Below are positions 9,520 through 20,636 of a stretch of 64,000 nt of DNA, piece after piece. The notes below the pieces were generated by a model. That model saw only the letters and a list, made by a program, of their open reading frames with translations. It was not told the DNA's origin and searched no databases. The translations under genes and the position numbers were made by a program. The stretch comes from an uncultured Arcobacter sp. (GTDB lineage: Bacteria > Campylobacterota > Campylobacteria > Campylobacterales > Arcobacteraceae). Position 1 is the first letter of the stretch; every line of letters starts with the position of its first letter. The DNA is taken from contig OZ223300.1 in the NCBI GenBank assembly GCA_965140705.1, positions 1,632,001-1,696,000 on the forward strand, written 5' to 3'.

Positions 9520-9555
9520 AAAAAAGGGAGATGAAAATATTCATCTCCCTTTTTT
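9520..9555. terminator. bidirectional intrinsic terminator after pckA
   Basis: AAAAAAGGGAGATGAA-AATA-TTCATCTCCCTTTTTT. Confidence 0.9.
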
Positions 9556-9572
9556 AAGAAAATTACAAATTT

Positions 9573-11150
9573 TTATAATTGTGGACCAGCCGCTGTAAAG
9601 TCATAATCACTTTCTAATGTCAAATATTTTTTAAAATTTTTAACATACATTCCCGCAAGTTTTTTAGCCATTTCATCATAAGCTTCTGTATCTTCCCAAG
9701 TATGTCTAGGATTTAATACTTCTGTTTCTACACCCTCAAGTGTTTTTGGAACAGCTAAATTAAACACTGGAAGTGTTTCAAACTCACTTTGAGTGATAGA
9801 ACCATCTAAAATACCATTAATACAAGCTCTTGTATTTTTAATACTCATTCTTGTACCAATACCATAAGGACCACCAGTCCATCCAGTATTTACTAGATAA
9901 ACATTTACATTATGTTGATCAATTTTTTCACCTAAAAGTGCTGCATAAATAGTTGGATTTAAAGGTAAAAAAGCTTCCCCAAAACATGAACTAAAAGTAG
10001 CAACTGGTTCTGTAATACCTCTTTCTGTCCCTGCAACTTTTGCAGTATATCCACTTAAGAAATAGTACATTGCTTGTTGTTTAGTAAGTTTTGCAACAGG
10101 TGGTAAAACACCAAATGCATCAGCACATAAGAAGATAATATTTTTAGGGTGTCCACCTTTCATATCAGGCGTATGATTTTCAATGTGGCTTAAAGGATAA
10201 GAAACTCTTGTATTTTCAGTTTTACTTCCATCAGTAAAATCTACAACACCATTTTCGTCAGCTACAACATTTTCTAATATTGCACCTTTTTTAATTGCTC
10301 CATAAATTTCTGGCTCATGTTCCGCAGATAGGTTAATAACCTTGGCATAACAACCACCTTCAAAATTGAAGACTCCATTATCATCCCAACCATGTTCATC
10401 ATCACCAATTAAAGCTCTATTTGGATCAGTTGATAATGTTGTTTTCCCTGTTCCAGAAAGTCCAAAGAATAAAGCTGTATCTCCATCTTTACCAATATTT
10501 GCAGAACAATGCATTGGAAGTTTTCCTTCTAAAGGAAGCCAATAGTTCATCATAGAAAAAAGACCTTTTTTCATCTCACCAGCATACCAAGTACCACCAA
10601 TGATTGCAATATTTTCTTCTACATTAAATACCACAAAAACTTCAGAATGAAGACCATGGCTCACATATGATTTATCTATTGTTTTACAAGCATTATATAC
10701 TGTAAATTGAGGAGAGAACCCATCTAGGTCTGATTCGTCAGGCATTATAAACATATTTTGTATAAAATTTGCTTGCCAAGCTATTTCTGTAATAAATCTA
10801 GCTGATCTTCTTGAATCAATAGAAGCACCACAGAATACATCAGTAACAAATAAATCCTTATTGCTTAACTGTTTTTTTGCAGTTAATAATAAATCATCAT
10901 AAACATCTTTTGTTACAGCACTATTTATATCACCCCAAGCTATATATTTGTTTGAAGGATCTTGATTTACAAAAAATTTATCTTTTGGACTTCTACCAGT
11001 AAAAATACCAGTATCAATCATTAAAGCGCCAGTTGAAGATATTTGCGCACCTTCATTTTTTACTGCATGATTAATTAATAAATCTACATCACTGTTTCTA
11101 TATACAGTTTGAACGTTTTCTAAACCTAATTGGCTTCTAATATCAGACAT
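9573..11150 (-). CDS. pckA: phosphoenolpyruvate carboxykinase (ATP)
   Basis: [37 protein letters not shown]. Confidence 0.97.
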   Translation of the reverse strand: MSDIRSQLGLENVQTVYRNSDVDLLINHAVKNEGAQISSTGALMIDTGIFTGRSPKDKFFVNQDPSNKYIAWGDINSAVTKDVYDDLLLTAKKQLSNKDLFVTDVFCGASIDSRRSARFITEIAWQANFIQNMFIMPDESDLDGFSPQFTVYNACKTIDKSYVSHGLHSEVFVVFNVEENIAIIGGTWYAGEMKKGLFSMMNYWLPLEGKLPMHCSANIGKDGDTALFFGLSGTGKTTLSTDPNRALIGDDEHGWDDNGVFNFEGGCYAKVINLSAEHEPEIYGAIKKGAILENVVADENGVVDFTDGSKTENTRVSYPLSHIENHTPDMKGGHPKNIIFLCADAFGVLPPVAKLTKQQAMYYFLSGYTAKVAGTERGITEPVATFSSCFGEAFLPLNPTIYAALLGEKIDQHNVNVYLVNTGWTGGPYGIGTRMSIKNTRACINGILDGSITQSEFETLPVFNLAVPKTLEGVETEVLNPRHTWEDTEAYDEMAKKLAGMYVKNFKKYLTLESDYDFTAAGPQL

Positions 11151-11171
11151 TATTCTTTTTTTCCTAATAAA

Positions 11172-12494
11172 TTAAAATATTGATAATAATACACCGGCAG
11201 CTACTGCAGAACCAATAACACCGGCAACATTTGGACCCATCGCATGCATCAATAACACATTTGATCTGTCATATTCCTGACCAACTTTACTAACAACTCT
11301 AGCTGCCATTGGTACAGCACTCACTCCTGCAGCTCCAATTAATGGATTAATTTGATTCTCTTCAGAACTAAACTTATTCATAAGTTTTGCCATAAGTACA
11401 CCAGCAGCCGTACCAGCTGCAAATGCCAATAATCCAATAACCATAATTCCTAACGTATCTAATACTAGGAATTTATCTGCTGCTAATTTTGAACCAACTC
11501 CTAAACCTAAGAAAATAGTTACAATATTAATTAAAGAATTTTGCATTGTATCGGAAAGTCGCTCAACAACTCCTGATTGTTTTAAGAAATTTCCAAATGC
11601 AAATGCTCCAATTAATGGAGTTGATTCTGGAAGTACTAAAATAGCGAGCATTAAGATCAGAATTGGTAAGAAAAGTTTTTCTAATTTATGTACTTTTCTT
11701 AGTTTTGGCATTTTAATTTTTCTCTCAGCATCAGTTGTAAGAGCTTTCATAATAGGAGGTTGAATAACAGGAACTAATGCCATATAAGAGTATGCAGCAA
11801 CAGCAATTGCACCTAACATCTCAGGAGCAAGTCTATTTGCAATAAAAATTGATGTAGGACCATCAGCTCCACCAATAATAGAAATAGCAGATGCAGTTTG
11901 TAAATCAAATCCTATCATAACAGCACCAACAAGTGATCCAAAAATACCAAATTGTGCTGCACCACCAAGTAGGGCAGCTTTTGGATTAGCTAAAAGAGGA
12001 GAGAAGTCTGTCATTGCTCCAACACCCATAAAAATCAATAGAGGGAAAAATTCATTTGCGATTCCCATATTGTATATAATTCCTAACATTCCATGTTCAC
12101 CACCCATATGGGCTAATGGAATATTTGCTAATAGTCCACCAAATGCAATAGGAAGAAGTAATAATGGCTCAAACCCTTTTGCAATTGCTAAATAAAATAA
12201 CACAAAACAAATAATAAACATAATGATTCTACCAAATGTTTGTTCGAAATTTGTCATATGTCTTTCATTTGCAGCATTTGGCTCTGAAGTCATAACATCA
12301 TCTTTCGGATTGACTAAAGCATTAATACCTGTAGTATTAAAAAAAGAGACTACCAATTGCCCAATAGTTTTAGAGTGATACTCTTTTGTTTTTGTTGGAG
12401 CTTCTGTGTTACTTTGAACATCAGAAGCAAATACATTTATGCTAAATACACACATAAGTGAAATTAACAAAGAAGCGATTAATTTTTTATTCAT
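11172..12494 (-). CDS. oadB: Na+-translocating decarboxylase beta subunit
   Basis: [44 protein letters not shown]. Confidence 0.93.
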   Translation of the reverse strand: MNKKLIASLLISLMCVFSINVFASDVQSNTEAPTKTKEYHSKTIGQLVVSFFNTTGINALVNPKDDVMTSEPNAANERHMTNFEQTFGRIIMFIICFVLFYLAIAKGFEPLLLLPIAFGGLLANIPLAHMGGEHGMLGIIYNMGIANEFFPLLIFMGVGAMTDFSPLLANPKAALLGGAAQFGIFGSLVGAVMIGFDLQTASAISIIGGADGPTSIFIANRLAPEMLGAIAVAAYSYMALVPVIQPPIMKALTTDAERKIKMPKLRKVHKLEKLFLPILILMLAILVLPESTPLIGAFAFGNFLKQSGVVERLSDTMQNSLINIVTIFLGLGVGSKLAADKFLVLDTLGIMVIGLLAFAAGTAAGVLMAKLMNKFSSEENQINPLIGAAGVSAVPMAARVVSKVGQEYDRSNVLLMHAMGPNVAGVIGSAVAAGVLLSIF

Positions 12495-12515
12495 AAATTT
12501 TCTCCAATTTGTTTA

Positions 12516-14336
12516 TTAACCAATAATGGCAATAACTTGACCTTCTTCAACAGCTTCACTTTGAGTAACTAAGAAAGATTTAATTGTACCATCAACTGGT
12601 GCTTCAACATCAATTTCCATTTTCATAGCTTCTAAAATTGCAACAACTTCACCTTTTGCAACTTTATCTCCAACATTTTTAGTTATTTTCCAAACATTAC
12701 CACTTACAGTTGCACCTACTTCTACACCATCACCACTTGATGCTGGTGCAGCTACAGGGGCTTGAGTTGTTGTATTTTGCACAGGTGTCACTTGAATATC
12801 TGCATTACCTTCTGCAACAGTTACATTAAACTTTTGTCCATCTACTACTACTGTATAATTTCCAGTTGAATTACCCATAACTTTATTTTCTCCTAATTTA
12901 CAATCTTTATCATCTTCACATATATCTAAACTATTTTTTCTAACACTTAAAGGACTATTACCTTTTAAAAATGAAATTCCTTTTTCATCACAAGCAGCTG
13001 CGATAAAGATATTTTCTTCAGTAATTTCAATATTTTCTTCTTTTAATCTATTTTCCCAATATTTCATAGTTTTCTTTTCATCTCTATCTGAAATATCTAA
13101 AGGATTTTCTTTTGTTGGCTCTAACTTTAATTTCTCAGCTGCCAATGCTACAACCTCTGCATCTGGTTCAACAGGAGTTTTACCAAAGTAACCAAGTACC
13201 ATTTTACCATATCCAGGAGCAATTTGTTTCCATGGACCAAACATAACATTTGCATAAGCTTGTTGCCAATAAAATTGAGAAACAGGAGTTACAGAAGTAC
13301 CATATCCACCTTTTTCAACAACCTCTCTCATAGCCTTTATAACTTCAGGAAATTTATTTAAAGTACCATTATCTCTCATCATTTGAGTATTTGCGGTCAA
13401 AGCACCACCTGGCATTGGTGAAAAAGGAATCAATGGAGAAACTTGAGTAGCTTCTGGTGGCATAAAGTAATCTTTTAAACAATCAGTTAAAACTTCTTCA
13501 TATTTTAGAATCTTTTCTATTTCTAAACCACCAAGGTCATAATTCATTCCCTTAACAGCATGCATCATAGTTAAAATATCAGGTTGACTAGTACCACCAG
13601 AAACTGGACTTGCAGCCAAATCAATACCATCAGCACCAGCATCAAGTGCAGCTAAATAACAAGGTACACTTACCCCTGCTGTTTCATGAGTATGTAATCT
13701 AATATGAGTATCTTCACCAACTAGTTTTCTAGCCATTTTAATTGTATCGAAGATTTTTTGAGGAGAAGAGGTTCCTGATGCATCTTTAAAACAAATTGAA
13801 TCATAAGGAACACCACTATCTAATATTTTTCTTAATGTTTTTTCATAAAAAGGAACATCATGTGCACCAACACAGCCTGGAGGTAAATCCATAAGTGTTA
13901 CAACAACTTCATGGTTCAATCCATATTTTTTGATACATTCTGCTGAATATTCAAGATTTTGAACATCATTTAAAGCATCAAAATTTCTAATTGTTGTTGT
14001 TCCATGTTTAGCAAACATTTTTGCATGTAAATCAATAAGATCTCTAGAGCCTGTATCTAACATAACAGTATTAATCCCACGAGCTAGAGTTTGTAAGTTT
14101 GCATCGGGGCCAACTATCTCTCTAAATTTATCCATCATTTCAAATGCATTCTCTTGTAAATAGAAGAATAAAGATTGAAATCTTGCTCCTCCACCAAACT
14201 CAAAATGATTTATTCCTGCCTCTTTTGCAGCTTCAACAGCTGGAAAAAAGTCATTCATTAAAACTCGCCCACCAAAAACTGATTGGAAACCATCCCTAAA
14301 AGTGGTATCCATTATATCAATATATTTTTTTGACAT
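12516..14336 (-). CDS. oadA: biotin-dependent carboxyltransferase (oxaloacetate decarboxylase alpha / pyruvate carboxylase subunit B)
   Basis: DTTFRDGFQS, HTHET, PGG, VTPVSQ and C-terminal biotinyl EAMKM. Confidence 0.9.
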   Translation of the reverse strand: MSKKYIDIMDTTFRDGFQSVFGGRVLMNDFFPAVEAAKEAGINHFEFGGGARFQSLFFYLQENAFEMMDKFREIVGPDANLQTLARGINTVMLDTGSRDLIDLHAKMFAKHGTTTIRNFDALNDVQNLEYSAECIKKYGLNHEVVVTLMDLPPGCVGAHDVPFYEKTLRKILDSGVPYDSICFKDASGTSSPQKIFDTIKMARKLVGEDTHIRLHTHETAGVSVPCYLAALDAGADGIDLAASPVSGGTSQPDILTMMHAVKGMNYDLGGLEIEKILKYEEVLTDCLKDYFMPPEATQVSPLIPFSPMPGGALTANTQMMRDNGTLNKFPEVIKAMREVVEKGGYGTSVTPVSQFYWQQAYANVMFGPWKQIAPGYGKMVLGYFGKTPVEPDAEVVALAAEKLKLEPTKENPLDISDRDEKKTMKYWENRLKEENIEITEENIFIAAACDEKGISFLKGNSPLSVRKNSLDICEDDKDCKLGENKVMGNSTGNYTVVVDGQKFNVTVAEGNADIQVTPVQNTTTQAPVAAPASSGDGVEVGATVSGNVWKITKNVGDKVAKGEVVAILEAMKMEIDVEAPVDGTIKSFLVTQSEAVEEGQVIAIIG

Positions 14337-14341
14337 TAAAA

Positions 14342-14593
14342 TTAACCTTTTTGATTATTGTGATGTTGAATAGCTGCAGTAATAGCAGCAATCTTTTTTG
14401 CAGTAATATCAGATGTTGCAACACTAGGTTGAACTTTTTTAGCAGGTTTGATATTTTCTTTTTCAGGAAAATACTTTTTAATAAGCCCTGCTTGAGCTTT
14501 CAAAGCTAAAACCATAATTATAAGGAAAGAAAAAACTATTCCCATTCCTAAAACCATAAATTTTAATGCTTCCATGACTAAATTTGTTTCCAT
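14342..14593 (-). CDS. oadG: oxaloacetate decarboxylase gamma subunit
   Basis: MVLGMGIVFSFL TM segment and IAAITAAIQHH tail. Confidence 0.9.
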   Translation of the reverse strand: METNLVMEALKFMVLGMGIVFSFLIIMVLALKAQAGLIKKYFPEKENIKPAKKVQPSVATSDITAKKIAAITAAIQHHNNQKG

Positions 14594-14710
14594 ATATTTC
14601 TCCGTCAGAACACCGAATTCAAATTAAATTCTATAGTAATTAACCTTTGTTAAAATTAATTTTTTGGAAAATATATGTAAAATTTTAAAATTTACATTAT
14701 TTATACATAT

Positions 14711-14806
14711 TTACAATATTTTGTTACCATATTTGTATAATAAATAGTCTATTCTTTTTATCACTCTTGAAATTGATGATTTTGTGTCTAAAATTATTGT
14801 TTGCAT
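14711..14806 (-). CDS. putative 31-aa small protein divergent from the S24 repressor (not in ORF track)
   Basis: AAGGAG RBS upstream of the ATG; MQTIILDTKSSISRVIKRIDYLLYKYGNKIL. Confidence 0.5.
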   Translation of the reverse strand: MQTIILDTKSSISRVIKRIDYLLYKYGNKIL

Positions 14807-14855
14807 GATATTCTCCTTTAAATATTTCAAATTTTAATATATTTTAAAAAAAGTA

Positions 14856-14884
14856 TTGAAAAATCTTTCATTTTGTAATATAAT
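14856..14884 (+). promoter_or_regulatory. sigma70 promoter of the repressor gene
   Basis: TTGAAA (14856-61), 17 nt spacer, TATAAT (14879-84), then AAGGAG RBS. Confidence 0.7.
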
Positions 14885-14901
14885 TTCAAAAAGGAGACAA
14901 A

Positions 14902-15558
14902 ATGTTATTAGTAAATGAGATAATTGAAAGACTAAAAGATGTTTTAAGTACTGATGGTATCAAAGGCAAAATTTTTGATAAAGATGTTGCAGATGCATTA
15001 AATCTATCCCAAGCTAATTTTGCAACTATGAAAAATAGAAGTAAAATTCCTTTTTCAAATATACTAGACTTTTGTGCAATAAAAAAGATTTCAATAAATT
15101 GGCTTTTATATAACCAAAATCCTGGTTCTCTTGTGGACTCAACAGATAAGTACTGGATAAAATATTTTCCAGAAATTTCAGTTAGTGCAGGGGGAGGGGC
15201 ATATGATAGTGATGAAAATTATGAAAATATTGAAGTTCCACCATATTTTATAGACACTTTAGGTGGAAAACAGAACTTGAAAAATATCGAAGCCATAAAT
15301 GTAATAGGTGATTCAATGGAACCTACACTTAATTCAAATAATATTATCTTTATAGATAAGTCAATAAAAAGTGGATTTAGAGATGGAATTTATGCCTTTA
15401 CGACTAATCATGGACTATTTGTGAAAAGAATACAAAAAAGAGTTGATGGAAAACTTGATATTATTTCAGACAATAAAGACTATCCCGTTCAAATTATGAA
15501 AAGTGATGAATTAGAGGTTTTAGGTAAAGTTGTAGGCTCTTTTGGAATGGTATTCTAA
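14902..15558 (+). CDS. CI/LexA-type repressor (HTH + S24 peptidase domain)
   Basis: N-terminal HTH (DVADALNLSQANFATMKNR...SINWLL), Ala-Gly site SAGGG, catalytic GDSMEP and FVKR. Confidence 0.9.
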   Translation: MLLVNEIIERLKDVLSTDGIKGKIFDKDVADALNLSQANFATMKNRSKIPFSNILDFCAIKKISINWLLYNQNPGSLVDSTDKYWIKYFPEISVSAGGGAYDSDENYENIEVPPYFIDTLGGKQNLKNIEAINVIGDSMEPTLNSNNIIFIDKSIKSGFRDGIYAFTTNHGLFVKRIQKRVDGKLDIISDNKDYPVQIMKSDELEVLGKVVGSFGMVF

Positions 15559-16544
15559 AAAAGTTCTGCACTTTCATGCAAAGATAACTTTAAAGTCTCT
15601 TCGACTTTAAACTTATCATATCCCATTATATAAATTGCATTGAAATTTTCTTTCTTAATAACTTGTTTTAAATTATCTAAATCTTCTAATACAATTTGAG
15701 TTTCATTTAAACCTTCAATATAAATAGGGCTTATAAATATAGTTTTACCATATTTATATTTTTTTTCTAAATATTTAATTTCATTTACAAGTAATTCTAA
15801 ATTTTTTTGACAAACAATAAATTTATTACTCTTACCAAAGTCTATAATATTTAGGTATTTATCAACAAAAATTGGTTTAAAGTGCGTCAATTTAATTAAT
15901 TTGTGCAAATCAATATCCATATTTAGGAAATTGAAAACAGCTAAAAACTGATTTATATAAAGCGATGGAATTTTTAATTTATTGAAATATTTTTCATCAT
16001 ATGAAAATGATGTTTCAAATAATGAATGCTCAATAAGATTTTCTATTTTATACTCTTTTTTAGAAAAAACTTTATATTTGGGATATATTTTCTTAATAAG
16101 TTCTTCATCTGCACAAAAGAAGATCTCATCTTCACTTATATTTTCAATAGTTTTTGTACTTTTATATAAGTTGGAAGAAATAAGGTGAATCTCTTTTTTT
16201 GAAGATTTATATATATTTATTAAATCATAAGTGACTTTATCACAATAATAAACTTCTAAATTTAAAGTAGAGAATTTATATCTAAAAAATTTAACTAAAG
16301 CCTCATAAACAGAAGAGACTCTTATCCAAGCAATTTCTTTATCTAATACTTCAATTTCAAAATCATAAACAATAGCAAAAGCACCATTTTGAATTGCAAT
16401 TTCAATCTCATCTTTATTTTTAACTAAAAATAAATCACCTTCTATTACTTTTTTTGGATCAGTTTTTATATTGTATATAAAAGAAATAGATGGAGAATTT
16501 TGAAGTTCGCCATCTATAATATCAATAATAGAAGAAATATTCAC
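15555..16544 (-). CDS. hypothetical protein with Mur-ligase-like N-terminal domain
   Basis: IKTDPKKVIEGDLFL...AIQNGAFAIV resembles MurE/MurF domain 1; no P-loop seen. Confidence 0.6.
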   Translation of the reverse strand: MNISSIIDIIDGELQNSPSISFIYNIKTDPKKVIEGDLFLVKNKDEIEIAIQNGAFAIVYDFEIEVLDKEIAWIRVSSVYEALVKFFRYKFSTLNLEVYYCDKVTYDLINIYKSSKKEIHLISSNLYKSTKTIENISEDEIFFCADEELIKKIYPKYKVFSKKEYKIENLIEHSLFETSFSYDEKYFNKLKIPSLYINQFLAVFNFLNMDIDLHKLIKLTHFKPIFVDKYLNIIDFGKSNKFIVCQKNLELLVNEIKYLEKKYKYGKTIFISPIYIEGLNETQIVLEDLDNLKQVIKKENFNAIYIMGYDKFKVEETLKLSLHESAELF

Positions 16545-16552
16545 AATATTTC

Positions 16553-18496
16553 TTAAGAGATTTTCGTTCCAGAAATTTTTGGTTTTTCAGGACGAACTAA
16601 ATTTAAACCATTTTCATCACGAGCAGCTAAAAGCATACCTTCACTAATCATTCCCATTAGTTTGGCAGGTTTTAAGTTTGCTACAACACAAGCTTGTGTT
16701 CCAACAAGCTCTTGGGCACTATAAGACTCTTTTATTCCTGCTAAAATCTGTCTATTTCTTCCTTCTCCTAAATCAACTTGTAGTTTCAAAAGTTTTTTAG
16801 ATTTTGGAACTTCTTCTGCTTCTACAATAGTACCAATTTTTAAAGTTGTTTCAAAAAACTTATCAATTGTAATTAAATTATCTTCTTCAGTAGATTCTTT
16901 TGCTTCTTCTTTTTTAGGAAGTTGAGTAGATACATCAGTTGGTTTTGCTTGCTCTAATAATAACTCTTCTATTCTTGGGAAAAGTTGTTCTATTTTAGTA
17001 ATAATAACATCTTCAAGTAATTCTTTATTTCCTATTATTTTTATAAAGTTGTCAGTATTTATTTCTAAACCAATACATTGAGCTATTTTAGAAATCTTTT
17101 CAGGCATAACTGAGTCTAAAAGTAGGGCAACTTTAGCCATAATATTAGTAATTAAAGCAACTAAAGCCATAGCTTCATCAGCTTTCCCTTCTTTCATTTT
17201 ACTCCAAGGTTCATAATCACCAATCGCTTTATTTGCAATAGTTAAAACTTTCCAAATTTCTTCAAGATATCTATTTAATTGCATATTATAAATATAGTTT
17301 TCTACACCATCTAAAATCTCATTTACTTCATCTAACTCTTTTTGATGATATTTTACTACATCTTTTGAAGTAACTTTATATTCAAAATATTTCCCACTCA
17401 TACCAATAATTCTATTAAGCAAATTTCCTAAATCATTTCCTAAATCAGAGTTAATTCTATCCATTAAAGCTTTTTGAGAAAAATCACCATCTTGGCCAAA
17501 AGGTACTTCTCTAAGCATAAAATATCTAAAAGCATCAAGACCATAAGCATCTGCCACTTCTTTAGGGTTCACTACATTCCCTTTTGATTTTGACATTTTA
17601 TCACCATCTCTTGTCCACCAACCATGTGCAGCAATGTGTTTTGGTAAGGGTAAATCTAAAGACATCAAAAATGCTGGCCAATAAATAGCATGAAATCTTA
17701 AAATATCTTTCCCCACTAATTGAATGTTTGCTGGCCAATATTCCATATTTTTATCATCTGTTCCATATCCAAGTGCAGTTATATAGTTAAGCAAGGCATC
17801 CAACCACACATACATAACATGTTTTGGTTCATTTAATGATTCAGGTAATTTAACACCCCAATCAAATGAAGTTCTAGATATAGATAAGTCTCTTAATCCA
17901 CTTTTTACAAAATTAATAATCTCATTCTTTTTAGAACGAGGCAAAATACAGTCTGGGTTCTCTTCATACCATTTTAAAAGTTTATCTTCATAAGCAGATA
18001 ATTTAAAGAAATAACTCTCTTCTTTTACTATATTTGTAGGTTTTCCACAATCAGGGCAGAATTCATCTTCTATTAGTTGTTTTTCAGTAAAAAATGTCTC
18101 ACAAGATACACAATAATAACCTTCATATTCGCCTTTATAAATATCACCTTTGTTATACATTTTTTCAAAAGCAAATTGAACACCAGTTTTATGTTCTTCG
18201 TCAGTTGTTCTTATAAATTTGTCATATGTGATATCAAAATCATCCCATAAAGCTCTAAATTTTCCAGAAACTTCATCCGCATACTCTTTAGAAGTTTTAC
18301 CTCTTAGTTTTGCACTCTCTTCAATTTTTTGTCCATGTTCATCAGTACCTGTAAGAAAAAAAGTCTTATTACCAGTTAATCTTGAGTACCTAGCCAACAT
18401 ATCAGCAATGATAGTAGTATAGGCATGACCTATATGTGCAACATCATTCACATAATAAATAGGAGTAGTAATATAAACATTTTTATGACAATTCAT
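16553..18496 (-). CDS. metG: methionine--tRNA ligase
   Basis: YITTPIYYVN..HIGH, KMSKS, C-terminal Trbp111-like domain. Confidence 0.98.
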   Translation of the reverse strand: MNCHKNVYITTPIYYVNDVAHIGHAYTTIIADMLARYSRLTGNKTFFLTGTDEHGQKIEESAKLRGKTSKEYADEVSGKFRALWDDFDITYDKFIRTTDEEHKTGVQFAFEKMYNKGDIYKGEYEGYYCVSCETFFTEKQLIEDEFCPDCGKPTNIVKEESYFFKLSAYEDKLLKWYEENPDCILPRSKKNEIINFVKSGLRDLSISRTSFDWGVKLPESLNEPKHVMYVWLDALLNYITALGYGTDDKNMEYWPANIQLVGKDILRFHAIYWPAFLMSLDLPLPKHIAAHGWWTRDGDKMSKSKGNVVNPKEVADAYGLDAFRYFMLREVPFGQDGDFSQKALMDRINSDLGNDLGNLLNRIIGMSGKYFEYKVTSKDVVKYHQKELDEVNEILDGVENYIYNMQLNRYLEEIWKVLTIANKAIGDYEPWSKMKEGKADEAMALVALITNIMAKVALLLDSVMPEKISKIAQCIGLEINTDNFIKIIGNKELLEDVIITKIEQLFPRIEELLLEQAKPTDVSTQLPKKEEAKESTEEDNLITIDKFFETTLKIGTIVEAEEVPKSKKLLKLQVDLGEGRNRQILAGIKESYSAQELVGTQACVVANLKPAKLMGMISEGMLLAARDENGLNLVRPEKPKISGTKIS

Positions 18497-18509
18497 TTTT
18501 TACCTTTAA

Positions 18510-18710
18510 TTAAAATTCAAATCCACCTGTAGAACCTTTATTCATAGATTCATACACGGCTATAACATATCTTTTTCTTATTTCACAATCAAAAAACTTC
18601 TCGCAAGGATTACAAGAATCAAAGTTAAAAGATTTTTGACACTCTTTTAAGTTAACTATTTGCTCTTCTAGAGCTTCTTCCCAATGATCAAGGTTTTGAT
18701 TATTTTCCAT
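18510..18710 (-). CDS. small Cys-containing hypothetical protein
   Basis: CQ...CNPC....C and YESMNKG...GFEF; ATG at 18710 overlaps the fbp end. Confidence 0.75.
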   Translation of the reverse strand: MENNQNLDHWEEALEEQIVNLKECQKSFNFDSCNPCEKFFDCEIRKRYVIAVYESMNKGSTGGFEF

Positions 18711-19545
18711 TTTCACTATAAACTTTTAAAACTCTATTAATCTCTTCTTTTGAACCAAAAAAACAAGGAGTTGTATCATGAATATGAGTAGTAGGAACTT
18801 CTAAAACTCTTTTAAAACCATCAACTGCTCCACCACCTGCTTTTTCATAAGTAAGAGCAAAAGGGAAAACTTCAAAAAGTTGTCTTAGTTTTCCTTTTGG
18901 TCTATCAGTAGTTCCTGGATATGAGAAAAGTCCTCCACCTTTAAGAAGTATTTGATGAAGATCAGGAACCATTCCACCACTATATCTTAATCTATAACCA
19001 TCATTAAAAATATCATCAATCAATTGTTTATGAAAAGGAGCCCAACAATTTTGTGTAGAACCGGGTGCATTTAATTTCCCTTTTTCATTTAACTTAATAT
19101 CTTGAATAAATTTAAATTCCCCATTAAGTAATCTATACATTTTTACATCATCAGTTGTAATCACTATTTCAACTCTTGGTCCAAATACTACATAAACAGA
19201 AGCAATAATGTTTTGTGCATTAAATTCATTTTTATAAATACCAAAAATAGAACCAACAGACAAGTTAACATCAACTAAAGAAGAGCCATCTAAAGGATCA
19301 TAAGCAATTAAATACTCACCATCATCATGTAAATTTACAATATTTTCTTGCTCTTCACTAACTATTGCTTTTATTGATTTTACTTTTGCAAATATCTCTT
19401 CAATAATAATATCACTTTGGATATCTAGTTTTAATTGAGTATCTCCAGTTGAATTTTCTTGTTCACTTTTACCTGTATCACCTGTCTCTATAAGATATTT
19501 TATCTTTATAGCTGATTCTTTTATAGCTTCAAAAATTTCATTCAT
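18700..19545 (-). CDS. fbp: fructose-1,6-bisphosphatase class 1
   Basis: [24 protein letters not shown]. Confidence 0.96.
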   Translation of the reverse strand: MNEIFEAIKESAIKIKYLIETGDTGKSEQENSTGDTQLKLDIQSDIIIEEIFAKVKSIKAIVSEEQENIVNLHDDGEYLIAYDPLDGSSLVDVNLSVGSIFGIYKNEFNAQNIIASVYVVFGPRVEIVITTDDVKMYRLLNGEFKFIQDIKLNEKGKLNAPGSTQNCWAPFHKQLIDDIFNDGYRLRYSGGMVPDLHQILLKGGGLFSYPGTTDRPKGKLRQLFEVFPFALTYEKAGGGAVDGFKRVLEVPTTHIHDTTPCFFGSKEEINRVLKVYSENGK

Positions 19546-20048
19546 TACTTTACTCTTTTCGCATTTTGTTCAATCCATTCAATTATCTCTTCTGGATTAT
19601 TTAAATCTAATCTTTTCATTCCCTCTGGAATATCTTTTATACTCTCATCAGTTGCAATTACATCAGTTACCTCAAAATAAGATTCTTCAATTCTATCCCT
19701 AAATATTGCTATTCTTGGAAGAGGTAAAGTTTTAAGACCTTCAACTAATAGATAATCAAATTCTCCAAACATATCTATAATTTCATCTATTGAAGAAGTT
19801 GTCTGTTTAAACATTGTAGTTCTAGTAGGGCCTACAACTGCGACATCTGCTCCTGTTTGAAAGAACTTAAAAGAATCTTTTCCTTCTCTATCAAAGCTAG
19901 CTTTATCCTTAGGATCATGCTTTACTATGCAAACTTTGTATCCCATATCTTGAAGAATACTTGATACTTTTATTACTAATGTTGTTTTCCCACTATTTGA
20001 GGGACCTGTAAATGCTACAGCTAAATGTTTTTTTGTATTTAATTTCAT
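19545..20048 (-). CDS. mobB: molybdopterin-guanine dinucleotide biosynthesis protein B
   Basis: [24 protein letters not shown]. Confidence 0.92.
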   Translation of the reverse strand: MKLNTKKHLAVAFTGPSNSGKTTLVIKVSSILQDMGYKVCIVKHDPKDKASFDREGKDSFKFFQTGADVAVVGPTRTTMFKQTTSSIDEIIDMFGEFDYLLVEGLKTLPLPRIAIFRDRIEESYFEVTDVIATDESIKDIPEGMKRLDLNNPEEIIEWIEQNAKRVK

Positions 20049-20126
20049 TTTGGGATTTTATCTAAATGATGGTTAAAGTATCTTTAGTGTAAAATCACGA
20101 ACTTATTATATAAATTTGGAGAATTT

Positions 20127-20636
20127 ATGAACAAACTTTTGTCAATTATTTTATTTACTTATTTACTTTTTATAACTGGTTGTAGCTCTTATTCTATAAC
20201 GAAATACTTTGATAAAGATGAGTTTTTTCTTAATTCATTTCAATATACAAAAAAAGCAGATATTGTAAAAAATAATGAAGTTTTAGCTATATTTACTGCA
20301 ACATATTTAAATAAAGTTGATGATAAATATGATGATAAGTATGAAAATTTCATAGTTTCTGTTTATGTTGCAAATAATAAAAAAACTGGAACACCAATTA
20401 TAACTTTAGATAAGCAAAGTTATTCCCAAGATGAAATAAAGAATAAAATAAGCTATAAAGAAAACTATATAAAAATGGAAGAGATAAAAAAAGGTGCAAA
20501 AATGATTGAATCAATTCCTTTAAAAAATCCATGGGCAAAATATTATTTAATCAAATTTGAAAAAAACAAAGAAATAGAAAATCCAGTATTAACATATGAA
20601 TTTAGTGAGAAACAGAAGGCAGAGATAAGTTTTTAA
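20127..20636 (+). CDS. lipoprotein of unknown function
   Basis: Signal peptide with lipobox ITGC. Confidence 0.8.
   Translation: MNKLLSIILFTYLLFITGCSSYSITKYFDKDEFFLNSFQYTKKADIVKNNEVLAIFTATYLNKVDDKYDDKYENFIVSVYVANNKKTGTPIITLDKQSYSQDEIKNKISYKENYIKMEEIKKGAKMIESIPLKNPWAKYYLIKFEKNKEIENPVLTYEFSEKQKAEISF

Noticed and set aside
14594..14710. Na+ riboswitch or structured leader before oadG
   Set aside because: The leader is short and AT-rich with no convincing multi-stem structure; only an AT-rich near-palindrome at 14675-14697. An Infernal search would be needed.
14852..14862. AGTATTGAAAA, identical to one difH arm
   Set aside because: No second arm at 6-bp spacing; better explained as the -35 of the repressor promoter.
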